From: Candidatus Bathyarchaeota archaeon
GTDB taxonomy: Archaea; Thermoproteota; Bathyarchaeia; Bathyarchaeales; Bathycorpusculaceae
Direction: 5' to 3'
DNA: 64,000 nucleotides
NCBI GenBank assembly: GCA_963767735.1
Contig: CAVYES010000006.1
Coordinates: forward strand, 320,001-384,000
The notes under the pieces were generated by a model, which searched no databases, was not told where the DNA came from, and worked only from the letters and a program-made list of their open reading frames with translations. Each line of letters begins with the position of its first letter. Position 1 is the stretch's first letter. Below are positions 40,866-50,064 of the stretch, piece after piece. The translations under genes were made by a program, and so were the position numbers.

Positions 40866-41050
40866 GAAAGGGACTGCCTTGTCCACTTACTATGAGTTGA
40901 GCGCGTTAACGTTGATTGATAATAGGGCGCGTAGACAAGAATGTTCGTATTTGACAGGACTTCCCAAAATCAAGTAACCAAAGAAACTCAAACTCTACCT
41001 TGAAACATGTCGCCTTCTATTGATGATTAAAACTGTGTAATACAAGTGGC

Positions 41051-41359
41051 TTATTTTAGCAGTTTTATGCTTTCTTCTAGACTCATGGCTAGCTTGATTT
41101 CGTTGGTGTTCCAAGCCATCCATTTTATCATAGCGGGTTCCATGGAGAATTTCTGAAGGTTTTCTGAACTTGGGGCTTCATACACCCAAACAGTCAAATG
41201 CTCAGGAATAACAGTCCAAACTCCAATTCTTTTAATACCATGTTTCTTTTCCAAGTCATCCAATTTTTCGGGCAACTCTAACGTTATTTTTTTCATTTTC
41301 TCATTATTTAAAGGGCAGTTCTCAGGAGAATGCCTAGAAATAATCAAAAACGTGGGCAT
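41051..41359 (-). CDS. Conserved hypothetical protein (GYD/DUF3303-like)
   Basis: SRHSPENCP..PEHL..YEAPS pattern. Confidence 0.7.
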   Translation of the reverse strand: MPTFLIISRHSPENCPLNNEKMKKITLELPEKLDDLEKKHGIKRIGVWTVIPEHLTVWVYEAPSSENLQKFSMEPAMIKWMAWNTNEIKLAMSLEESIKLLK

Positions 41360-41520
41360 AAAAATACTTCCAATTAAAATCTAGACGAAGGTAACCTATA
41401 AACTTTCAATTTAGGGACAAGGCAACGCGCTAGCCACACCACCCCTAATCATGAGCGTGGCGAAAAACGGATATTCTGCAAGAGGCTCACTTTACCTCAC
41501 AGCTAAGACAGTGAGTTGAT

Positions 41521-42285
41521 GTGTTGGAAGCCGCTAGAGCACTCTCACAATTTGGGGTAATATTCGATTTCGATGGCACGTTAATGGATTCTTATACTTG
41601 TAGAAAACTTGCACACATTCAAGTTGCCAATATTCTTGCAGATTATGGAAAAGAACAAGGATGCCAAATAGACAAAGAAGCTATGGTTGCGCTTATTTCT
41701 GATATTGATAGGGAAATGAGTGCAAAGCTGATTTACGCTAGAAAAGTTTGGTTTTCGGAAGCGGTTAAAAGATACTGCACGTCAGCTTTGAAGATGCCCA
41801 GGCGGGTTTTATCGGAAGCCGTTCTGAGCTACTGGAATACCATAGTCAAATATTCTCTTCCTTATCCCGGAGTGGTGGATTTGCTTGTTTCTCTTAAGAT
41901 GAAGAATATGCATTTAGGAATGGTTAGCGATACTGATGGGCTAAAAGGAATGAAATATCAAAGGCTGTGCTTGTCTGGACTGATCGGCTTTTTTGATGCA
42001 ATTGTTGTTTCAGGAGAGGACACAAAGGAAACAAAACCTGACAAGCACCCGTTTATCAAAATTTGTGCCCTTCTCAAAATCGCGCCTGCCAATTGCGTAT
42101 ATGTTGGAGATAACCCAGCTGTGGATGTTGCCGGTGCAGAACAAATAGATATGAAAACTATCCTGATAAGAAATTCAGCTGCTAACTTTCATGAAACCAA
42201 ATTCAAGGCTGACTGTATATTGGCAAGAGAGAGGTTCAGCGAACTTGAGTTAATAATACAAAAGCTGGTATTAACCAATAAATAA
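41521..42285 (+). CDS. HAD-superfamily hydrolase
   Basis: FDFDGTL, KP and YVGDNPAVDVAGA. Confidence 0.9.
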   Translation: MLEAARALSQFGVIFDFDGTLMDSYTCRKLAHIQVANILADYGKEQGCQIDKEAMVALISDIDREMSAKLIYARKVWFSEAVKRYCTSALKMPRRVLSEAVLSYWNTIVKYSLPYPGVVDLLVSLKMKNMHLGMVSDTDGLKGMKYQRLCLSGLIGFFDAIVVSGEDTKETKPDKHPFIKICALLKIAPANCVYVGDNPAVDVAGAEQIDMKTILIRNSAANFHETKFKADCILARERFSELELIIQKLVLTNK

Positions 42286-42382
42286 TAAACATCAATTCAA
42301 ACCAGCAAAATCTAATATCAAAATCTACTTTTCAATTCAGGGAAATAGTGAGGTAGCATAAAAAAAAACGTTTATTATGCCA

Positions 42383-42964
42383 CTATTTCACTGTCACTTT
42401 GTGCTTTTTAGGCACGGGTGCAATCGTCTTCTTTGGTACGCTGACTTTGAGTAATCCGTCTTTAAATGTGGATTCTGCTTGTTCGGGGATTACTTCTTCT
42501 GGGAATGAGAGTTGTTTGTAGATATGTGAGTAAACGCGTTCTCTGACAACAAAGTTCTTCTCTGTATCTTCTGTTTCAACGTCTGTTTCGGCCGAGATTT
42601 CTATACCGTCCTTTGTCAATGCCACGTCAATGTTGTCTTTAGCTACACCAGGCATCTCAGCATGTACCACAAACTTGTTTCCTTCATCAACCAGATCTAC
42701 GGTTGCTTCCCGAACTGGGACAACGGGTTCAACGTTTATCCATTCAAATGGAAAAGCTATGCTTTCAATGAAGTTTTTGCGGAAATCATTCATTAGATCG
42801 TCAAAGGTTGTCAGAACGTGAACTGCGGGAACTTGTTTGGCAGGAATGCGTTTAGCTGGAACTTTGGCGGGAACATGTTTGGCGAGAGCAGTTTTAACTG
42901 GCTTTGCTGCGATTTCAGCTTTTGCGATCGCCTTCACCGGCGCCTTTTTTTGTATTTCAGTCAT
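42383..42964 (-). CDS. Small heat shock protein (Hsp20)
   Basis: AEMPGV, ER and FKDGLLKVSVPK alpha-crystallin domain; PAK-repeat N-terminus. Confidence 0.93.
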   Translation of the reverse strand: MTEIQKKAPVKAIAKAEIAAKPVKTALAKHVPAKVPAKRIPAKQVPAVHVLTTFDDLMNDFRKNFIESIAFPFEWINVEPVVPVREATVDLVDEGNKFVVHAEMPGVAKDNIDVALTKDGIEISAETDVETEDTEKNFVVRERVYSHIYKQLSFPEEVIPEQAESTFKDGLLKVSVPKKTIAPVPKKHKVTVK

Positions 42965-43007
42965 TTTTTTTCACCTCGATTAATTTTTGTTATTAGAATT
43001 CTGAATG

Positions 43008-43202
43008 TTATCTCTGTTCTTTTTGCAGTGCTAATCTTGCTGCGGTTTCTTTGGAGATTTTTTCGAGTCCTTTGGCTAACTCTGCGCTGTCAACTTCATT
43101 TAATGGGTAAAACTTTCCTTCTTTGTCGATGAAGACAAGCTCCAAATTTCTGTTTTTATTAACCAATATTTCACCCCCAATCAAGTTTTTTTTCAGCAAC
43201 AT
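43008..43202 (-). CDS. Small hypothetical protein
   Basis: Short ORF co-oriented upstream of Hsp20. Confidence 0.5.
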   Translation of the reverse strand: MLLKKNLIGGEILVNKNRNLELVFIDKEGKFYPLNEVDSAELAKGLEKISKETAARLALQKEQR

Positions 43203-43341
43203 TTTCCTAACGGGAGGACCTCAGCTATTAGCCCTTACGCGATATCCCTTCAAGCGTTGTGAGCTAGCTGGCTTTCCCTTTTGCTTTTCCATAAAGGAAA
43301 TCTCAAAATATAGTTATTGGGACTTAAATGGGGAGAGAGGA

Positions 43342-43485
43342 TTACTCTTTTTTGGCTATCCACGTTTTTATTGCTTCTTGGGCGGCGCGGGATAGGTCGC
43401 CTTTTTTTCCGCCAAATCTTTCTACGGTTTTCAATCTGAGCTGCTTTTCTACCTCATCTGGTATATCTACGCTGATTCGACCCAT
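43342..43485 (-). CDS. Small CopG/RHH DNA-binding protein (47 aa, below ORF cutoff)
   Basis: MGRISVDIPDEVEKQLRLKTVERFGGKKGDLSRAAQEAIKTWI. Confidence 0.8.
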   Translation of the reverse strand: MGRISVDIPDEVEKQLRLKTVERFGGKKGDLSRAAQEAIKTWIAKKE

Positions 43486-43868
43486 ACTTATTCACTTATT
43501 TTAGATTTTTTGTGCACGTTTGCCCCGTGTCAGGTGTTTTTCCATTGAGCGAACTGCCAGATCCCTAATTTTGTTTTTGCTGATGTTATCGTTTTCATTC
43601 GCTCCAATTCGCTTATTAACATAAGATATTATGTACTTAGTAGCTTATAAACATATGTGCTTATATGTTTAATTCTGTTGAAGAAACCCTCGTTTTCTCA
43701 ACCCATCGAACACGCACAAACCAACACTATACCTCTACAGAGAAGTAACTTTACTAAAGGCGCAAATAACGAGAAAAACCTGCTAAGCCTCTCGATAAAT
43801 AGACAGCGCGCACGATTAGGTAAACATAAAAGCGGCAGATGTTTTGAAGTTAATACGGGATGAGTTAA

Positions 43869-44132
43869 TTGACAAATGACCAACCAAGCAAATGGGAACC
43901 AGACGCTAGAACGGAACCTGAGCCTAGAAGAGAACCGTTGCCTAGAACAGAGCCAGAACCAAGAACTGAACCAGAGCCCAGAACAGAACCAACTGCGAGG
44001 ACGGAGCCAGAGCCCAATGAGATACTGTCATTTAAGTGCCCTTCTTGCGGTTATCTCGTGATGTATTCTAAAGGAACTAAGAAGCAAACCATCAGATGCA
44101 CAAAATGCGGAAACGTCTTTCAAGTAGAGTAG
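43869..44132 (+). CDS. Zinc-ribbon protein with N-terminal RTEPEP repeats
   Basis: About six 18-bp repeats, then CPSC...CTKC. Confidence 0.7.
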   Translation: MTNDQPSKWEPDARTEPEPRREPLPRTEPEPRTEPEPRTEPTARTEPEPNEILSFKCPSCGYLVMYSKGTKKQTIRCTKCGNVFQVE

Positions 44133-44282
44133 GATTTAGCGTACGAAAAAATGCGAAAAAAACAATCTACGCGTTTGACGCGCGCGGAAAAATAAATATT
44201 CACTGAAGCTTTTTTTTGGGTTTAACTTCTTTGGTTTTTCGTGATACATTCTCTTCTTTTTGGTGCCTGATCCCCGATCGAC

Positions 44283-44530
44283 TTATTTTTTTCCACTATT
44301 TTCATTTGGTTTGGTTGGCCAATTATGGATAGGTAGGCAAACGATAGTCTTTGGTGGCGCCGTGCCAGTGTTCTTCGCCGGGAGATACAAGAACTATTGT
44401 TCTGGGTGTTACTATGTGTTCTTGGTTTTTGGTGGCTACGGTTCCTTTGCCTTCGGTGACTATGAGGATTTGCTCGGTGATGCGTGGGTGTGGAAATTTG
44501 TTGCGGGCACCTGAGGCAAATTTGAAGCTG
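44283..44530 (-). pseudogene. Cupin domain protein pseudogene
   Basis: GARNKF/HTH/EQILIVTEGKG..PGEEHWHGAT with several frameshifts. Confidence 0.78.
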
Positions 44531-44700
44531 TCGCCTCGGATGTTTCTTCGGTTTTATATGGGTTTGTGTTAGGCGGCGGAAGCATAACGATAATTATTGG
44601 GGGGTCGGCTAACTTGGTTTTTTTTGTGTTCCAGTTAATTCCACTGTATATGCTGTTGTTGTTAAGGGATATTTTGAACCGCTGAAATAAAATCTCATGT

Positions 44701-44832
44701 TTGCGCGCACAATTAGGCACAATTTCACACAAAATAACACAAATCCGCACAAATATGCACACTACCTGCAAACAATTCAAGACCTAAACCAAAAAAGCAA
44801 CCCAAAACACAAAGAACAGAATTTGCCCCCAA
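44701..44832 (+). repeat. Family B core with six in-register decamers ending CAC
   Basis: Decamers at 44701-44760, then CCTGCAAACAATTCAAGACCTAAACCAAAAAAGCAACCCAAAAC. Confidence 0.82.
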
Positions 44833-44844
44833 AACAGCCAGGTT

Positions 44845-44915
44845 GTGCTTGCTGAAGGATACGAAGAGAACGCGGAAGAAGGCTTAGCTGTAGCGAAAGA
44901 TTTCGAGGTGGTAGG
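44845..44915 (+). pseudogene. Probable antitoxin C-terminal remnant
   Basis: LAEGYEENAEEGLAVAKDFE resembles LxEGY antitoxin tails. Confidence 0.4.
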
Positions 44916-44924
44916 ATTCTTGTA

Positions 44925-45314
44925 TTATTTTATCAAAACAGCATTTTTGACGTTCTTGAAGTGCATATCTCCAGTTAAAATCTTTGAGTTAAGTTTTCTA
45001 GCAGTTGCCAACACATATACATCGGCAAGCCCAAAGTCCTTTTGAGTCTTTCGCATCTCGCAATGTAAAATTCCAGCTTGTAGAGAAAGTTCCTCATCAG
45101 CATTGACTATCCGCGAATTAGTAAAAAGCATAGCATAGGCCTGCTGAACATCCCGTCCCTCTCGTGCAACTTTGCTTATAACTTCGGCAAGAGTTATAGC
45201 GCACGTGTAAACTTCACTTCCCTCTTCGTCCAGAACTTCCTTTAGCTTAACGCCGTAATTGCTACCTATTAGATACTCCACCCAAGCCCAAGCATCAACG
45301 ACGTATCTATTCAA
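44925..45314 (-). CDS. vapC: VapC PIN-domain toxin
   Basis: Paralogue of 23307-23699. Confidence 0.93.
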   Translation of the reverse strand: MNRYVVDAWAWVEYLIGSNYGVKLKEVLDEEGSEVYTCAITLAEVISKVAREGRDVQQAYAMLFTNSRIVNADEELSLQAGILHCEMRKTQKDFGLADVYVLATARKLNSKILTGDMHFKNVKNAVLIK

Positions 45315-45507
45315 ATGCTTTCAGCTCATCTTCGACCGTGAAAGGCGCCATGCCTTTGAAAATACCAAAGCCATCTCTACGGCATTTTTTGACAGTGATT
45401 TCCACGTATTCGTTTTCTTTTATTTTTTGAGTTTCAACCAGTTCTTTGGGCAAGGTAACCACGATTGAACCGCCAACTTTCCGGGTTTTGGTTAAGCATC
45501 CAGGCAT
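45307..45507 (-). CDS. vapB: AbrB/MazE-type antitoxin
   Basis: Paralogue of 23689-23895. Confidence 0.88.
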   Translation of the reverse strand: MPGCLTKTRKVGGSIVVTLPKELVETQKIKENEYVEITVKKCRRDGFGIFKGMAPFTVEDELKAFE

Positions 45508-45782
45508 ATGTAATCATCGTTATATTAAATTATACAGAAGTTATACTTAACAATTTCTAAAAACCCAACTTAGATGTACAGCGATTAAATTTATGATTTT
45601 GTTACTTTACTTTGTTACTTACAAAGTGGCACCCTTTAATGGACGCGTATGAGTAAGCCGAAGTTTCAGCAACGTTTTTAGTGAAGCAAAGTCCAGCTAA
45701 AAATGAATTGGATCAAAACTGCGACAAGTATGACCTGTTATTGTTAGGCAAAAAAATAGGAAAGTGGCTGCGTAAAACAATG

Positions 45783-45836
45783 GCGAATTGGCGATATCGA
45801 CAAAGGATGAGGGTTCAATTCCCTTTCCCGGCGCCA
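45783..45836 (+). repeat. att-like site: shared leader plus tRNA 3'-like end, copy 2
   Basis: GAGGGTTCAATTCCCTTTCCCGGCGCCA (Ser-like end). Confidence 0.72.
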
Positions 45837-46081
45837 TTAACAAAAGTAGGGTCCTTGTTCTTGAGAACGCTCGCCCTACGATCGACCAACCAAATTCGTA
45901 AATTGTTATTTTAGGGCATCGTAAATTTAATGTTGCTTTAAGGGTAAAGAGGAGCTGGAAGACCCCCCTCCGGGGTCTGTCTCTGTCTGTCTATGTGACA
46001 CACCTCACAAAGCTTCCTGTTCAACTTCATCCCGGAACCTATTGCCTTAGTAATTTTTGAAAGATTATGGTATGGGTGCGT

Positions 46082-46372
46082 TTAACGTATGTGGATGTTG
46101 CTCAAGGCGGCTTTGGGGTGTTTGTGGGCTTTGAGTACGACTGAGGTTACGGTGCTTTTGACGCCTTTGATCTTGTTTATTTTTTCTTGCAAGACATTGC
46201 GGAACTCTTCCACGCTCGCTGCCGAAACTCTGGAAACGATGTCAAATTCCCCTTTAACTTCATAGATCTCCTCGATGTTTTCGATCTTTGAGAGGGCGGC
46301 TATAACCTGTTTTTTCTGACTCGGATCGACGAAGAGGTTAACTGAGGCTTCGAAGCGGTGGCTGGTCATCAT
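46082..46372 (-). CDS. Lrp/AsnC ligand-binding (RAM) domain protein
   Basis: IYEVKGEFDI..INKIKGVKSTVTSVVL; no HTH. Confidence 0.88.
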   Translation of the reverse strand: MMTSHRFEASVNLFVDPSQKKQVIAALSKIENIEEIYEVKGEFDIVSRVSAASVEEFRNVLQEKINKIKGVKSTVTSVVLKAHKHPKAALSNIHIR

Positions 46373-46685
46373 TTTACATCATCGAAACACCTTAACAGCC
46401 AGTTAGCTTTTGAGCTTTTTTGAGAACCAAAATGCGCTAATTTGCAAAGCCGCATAAACACGCGCTAACAAAGGCTTTTCGAAAACTGGCGGGCAAAACA
46501 TGAGTTAAGCTCAAAATTATTTATTGTATTTTATATGTTCTGATGAGTTGCTCATTCCCGACAAGCATCTCTATGGAGTAAGTTTTTGGAAAGTCTTACG
46601 CGTGCTGTATCGTCCATGTCACGTTTCTTGTGACTGTAACGCGACACCAACATTGGCATATTAAGCTTAAACGGTTGATTGAAAA

Positions 46686-47357
46686 ATGGAGAAAAGCCAA
46701 ATGCAAAGTCAAGTTGATTTGTACACCGGTCCCCACAAGGGCCAACGTCTGAGGTTCTTCACGATAAGCAAATCATGCGGAACCCTGAACGTAAGCGACC
46801 AAAATGCCATAACAGCGCTCGAGGGCGAGCTCGCCTCATTCCGAGACAACATGTATCTCCACGCAGACATTGAAGAGAAGTTCATCCATCCCCTGCTCTC
46901 GGAGAGAGTTCCCGGCGGAGCCGACAGGCTAAACGAGGACCACCGCATGATGCACAGGCAATTCGACGAGCTTGTGGCATGCTTTGGAGAAATAAAGAAG
47001 AAGCCGCGCGAAGAGCTTTCTCTGGAGTTTTACCTCGGGTGGAACAGGTTCATTTCGTTCTACCTCAACCATATAGACTACGAAGAAGAACACGTTATGC
47101 CTGCGCTCTGGAAACTCTGCACTCCCGAGGAACTGGGCGATGTGTTCAAGAAAGCTATGGGAGGCCAAACGCCCAAGGAGCTTATGGAGAACCTCGGGAT
47201 GATGCTACCGGCGATGAGCCTCACGGAAAGGGCCATGCTCCTCAATCAGGGTCGGGCGACCATGCCCCCTGAAGCATTCCAAGCGGTCCTCAAAATCGCT
47301 GAACGCGTCCTCACTCCTGAAGACTGGGCTTCGCTAAAAGCGGCGCTAAAACTTTGA
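46686..47357 (+). CDS. Hemerythrin domain protein
   Basis: HK..R, HADIEE, EDH and HIDYEE motifs. Confidence 0.85.
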   Translation: MEKSQMQSQVDLYTGPHKGQRLRFFTISKSCGTLNVSDQNAITALEGELASFRDNMYLHADIEEKFIHPLLSERVPGGADRLNEDHRMMHRQFDELVACFGEIKKKPREELSLEFYLGWNRFISFYLNHIDYEEEHVMPALWKLCTPEELGDVFKKAMGGQTPKELMENLGMMLPAMSLTERAMLLNQGRATMPPEAFQAVLKIAERVLTPEDWASLKAALKL

Positions 47358-47495
47358 CCCTTCTTGAAACAGCGTACATTTGTTTGGGGCGAAGGTCTGT
47401 CGCCGGTTGCAGGGATAGGAGTTGTCGTTAGGTCAAGTTAGTCGGCTAGCATACCAAAAGATCTGAGCATCGTTATGGCTCTTGGCTGAGTGTTT

Positions 47496-47618
47496 TTAAA
47501 ACCAGTTTTTTGACCTTACTTCTCGACAGACTTTGCATGTGTTTAATATGGATTCGCCTTCGCAGACGGTTTCAGTTTCAATTGAACCACAGGAAGGGCA
47601 TTTATCGTTATCTCTCAT
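47496..47618 (-). CDS. Small zinc-finger protein (40 aa)
   Basis: GGAGG RBS; MRDNDKCPSCGS...CKVC. Confidence 0.5.
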   Translation of the reverse strand: MRDNDKCPSCGSIETETVCEGESILNTCKVCREVRSKNWF

Positions 47619-48249
47619 TTTCTATTTCCTCCAAAATTTGTTTACGTCGTTCTCTTTGACGTTTTCTTTGGTTTTTCATTATATCTCATTCGCTGGCGTC
47701 TTGGAAAACATGCTTTTGCATTTAAGTTTCCTTTGTGTCTTCGTTTATTCTTTGAGGTTTAATGAACATAAGCTTTATGAATACAAAATATGAATCGAAA
47801 AATATACAAGGATACCTATGAATCGTAGGCTTCTTTGAAATCTATGCTGAAGAGGCTTTGTTGGCTGTATTTATTTGCAACTTAATGGAGTTAAGACTAA
47901 CGGGGCCGTGATAAATTCAACTGTTTCAGCAGCGGTTTTTTCAGTTTGTTTTTTTTGGTTCCTGCGAAACTTTTTCAAAATCTTGAGTTTGATAGTTCAG
48001 TAGAGAGCACATGATTGTCATTTTGAGCTTTATCTTATTGCAAGTTCCATAAAAACAGAAATCTTTTCTCATGAATTCTGGATTCATAAAGCTTTAGAGC
48101 CAAATTCTTTTATGTTAGGCTTGGGTTCAGAGGAAAATGCATTTGGTGGTTCGCCATCACATTTTGCATATTCCAGACAGCTCTGGGCCCGCTTCCAATT
48201 ATAGAAATCCCATCGGGTTAAAAGTTAAATTCTTCAAGGGTGCGAAATG

Positions 48250-48828
48250 CTATTGCTCTTTCTTAAGATTGATATCTGCGATAGTACGCGCCATCATTTT
48301 TCCTAAGTGTTTTGCGGAGTCCATGCCTTCTTGGTCTTTAGTCACTTCTCCTTTTTCGCGTCCAATGGCAAATACTCTTCCGCCGCTTGGAATGGTCATT
48401 CCAACTGCAGTCATGAACGTGAGCATTTGATTGCATGTGCTTGAAACTCCTGATCGACGAGCGACAGCGATGACCCCACCGACTTTCTCCGCGAAATCTT
48501 TTCTTCCCCGAGCCAACGCCAGAAAACCTACCCGATCAATAAAAATCTTCATTTGCGCGGTGACCCCTTGAAAATAAGAAGGACTGCCCATTATAACTCC
48601 ATCAGCCTTCATGATCTCCTCGTAGAGTTTCTCAACGTCGTCTTCATTTACGCATTTCTTAGTGCCGAAGCAACTCATGCAACCGCTGCAGGGCGAAAGA
48701 CTATAATCTGAAATTCGAATCAACTTCACGTTTGCACCCTCCGCTTTTGCAGCGTCCAACGCCGCCTCAAGAATCAAATCTGTATTGCCGCCGACCCTAG
48801 GACTACCACTTAAACCAATAATTCGCAC
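48250..48828 (-). CDS. Flavodoxin family / iron-sulfur flavoprotein
   Basis: SGSPRVGGNT, CSGCMSC..C and MGSPSYF. Confidence 0.9.
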   Translation of the reverse strand: MRIIGLSGSPRVGGNTDLILEAALDAAKAEGANVKLIRISDYSLSPCSGCMSCFGTKKCVNEDDVEKLYEEIMKADGVIMGSPSYFQGVTAQMKIFIDRVGFLALARGRKDFAEKVGGVIAVARRSGVSSTCNQMLTFMTAVGMTIPSGGRVFAIGREKGEVTKDQEGMDSAKHLGKMMARTIADINLKKEQ

Positions 48829-49119
48829 GTTTCAAGCCTCAAACCCATTCTACAAACCCATCTTATTAACAAATGCTCTACACATGTCCTTCATTTACCT
48901 ATTTTGGTCACCTCACCAGCAAAGTTCACACGACCTATAACGTCGCCTTTTTCTCTTTACTGCTTGCCTCCTAACGAGAATCCTTTGGAACAAATTGACG
49001 TTTAATGATCTGCAGTGACGACGTTTAACTTTCTATCGCTTCCTTAACTCAACCCGCAAATTAAAACAACTTGAACAAAATTTGCTCCCTTGAGACAACA
49101 GCTGCATACTTTTGTCGTA

Positions 49120-49230
49120 GGCTTTTGGTCAAATAAAGGAATGGCTTTTATAATCATTGGCTGACTTAAAGCAGAACATAAATTGCCAATACAATACGTT
49201 TGCAGAAAAAAACGTAGCCAAAACCTTGAA
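49120..49230 (+). pseudogene. Remnant of the exonuclease promoter and 5' end (copy of ~18247-18360)
   Basis: GTCAAATAAAGGAATGGCTTTTATAATCATTG..GCAGAACATAAATTGCC is shared. Confidence 0.8.
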
Positions 49231-49328
49231 TCCATGGGAAACTTAAATTTGCCCTGATAGGAAAGGTTTTTAGTGTAGTTATTGTATGAGACTGTGAAAA
49301 AGTGTATAGTGTAAAGTGAGGTTAAGTT

Positions 49329-50057
49329 ATGTCAGTATTTGCAGCACCAGGAGCATATGACCGTGCGATAACAGTTTTCTCGCCTGACGGACGACTCTTC
49401 CAAGTCGAATACGCAATGGAGTTAGTAAACCGCGGAGCCACCATACTTGGTATTCAATGTCCAGAAGGGCTTGTTCTTGGTTCAGAAGAAAATATAGAGA
49501 TCCTTGAAGAAGCAGGTTACTCATGGAAAATCTTCAGGGTAGACGACCACATCGGCGCAGCCATAGTGGGTTTAAGCTCAGACGCCAGAATTCTCATCGA
49601 CCAAGCAAGAATATACGCTCAAAGTAACAAATTAACCTACGATGAACCCATAGACATAGAAGTCGTAACCAAACGCATCTGCGACATCCAACAAATGTAC
49701 ACCCAACACGCCGGAGTTAGACCCTTCGGAGTTTCAATAATTTTCGGAGGAGTCGACAAAACAGGAACAAGAGTCTTCGGAACACATCCAAGCGGAACAT
49801 ACCGAGGATACAAAGCCACAGCATTGGGCGCGGGACGAGAAACCGTCGTATCAATCCTAAAAGAAGAATACCGCGAAGACCTAACGCTAGAAAACAGCAT
49901 CAAACTCGCAGTAAAATGCCTAATTAAAGCACTAGACGCAAGACAACTGCCGCCAAGAATAAAGATCGCAGTCATACCCCTTACAACCAAAAAAATGGAA
50001 ATGTTAAGCGACGACGCAGTAGAAGGCTACATCAAAGAGCTGGGTTCAAGCAAGTGA
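49329..50057 (+). CDS. psmA: Proteasome subunit alpha
   Basis: AYDRAITVFSPDGRLFQVEYA and GVRPFGVS. Confidence 0.97.
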   Translation: MSVFAAPGAYDRAITVFSPDGRLFQVEYAMELVNRGATILGIQCPEGLVLGSEENIEILEEAGYSWKIFRVDDHIGAAIVGLSSDARILIDQARIYAQSNKLTYDEPIDIEVVTKRICDIQQMYTQHAGVRPFGVSIIFGGVDKTGTRVFGTHPSGTYRGYKATALGAGRETVVSILKEEYREDLTLENSIKLAVKCLIKALDARQLPPRIKIAVIPLTTKKMEMLSDDAVEGYIKELGSSK

Positions 50058-50064
50058 AAACTGG

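Noticed and set aside
44701-44760. Decamer arrays or Family A/B repeats as a CRISPR array
   Set aside because: No 25-40-bp repeats with regular unique spacers, and no cas genes.
45950-46030. GC hairpin AGACCCC...GGGGTCT as an ncRNA
   Set aside because: Single hairpin downstream of a minus-strand gene, with no further support.
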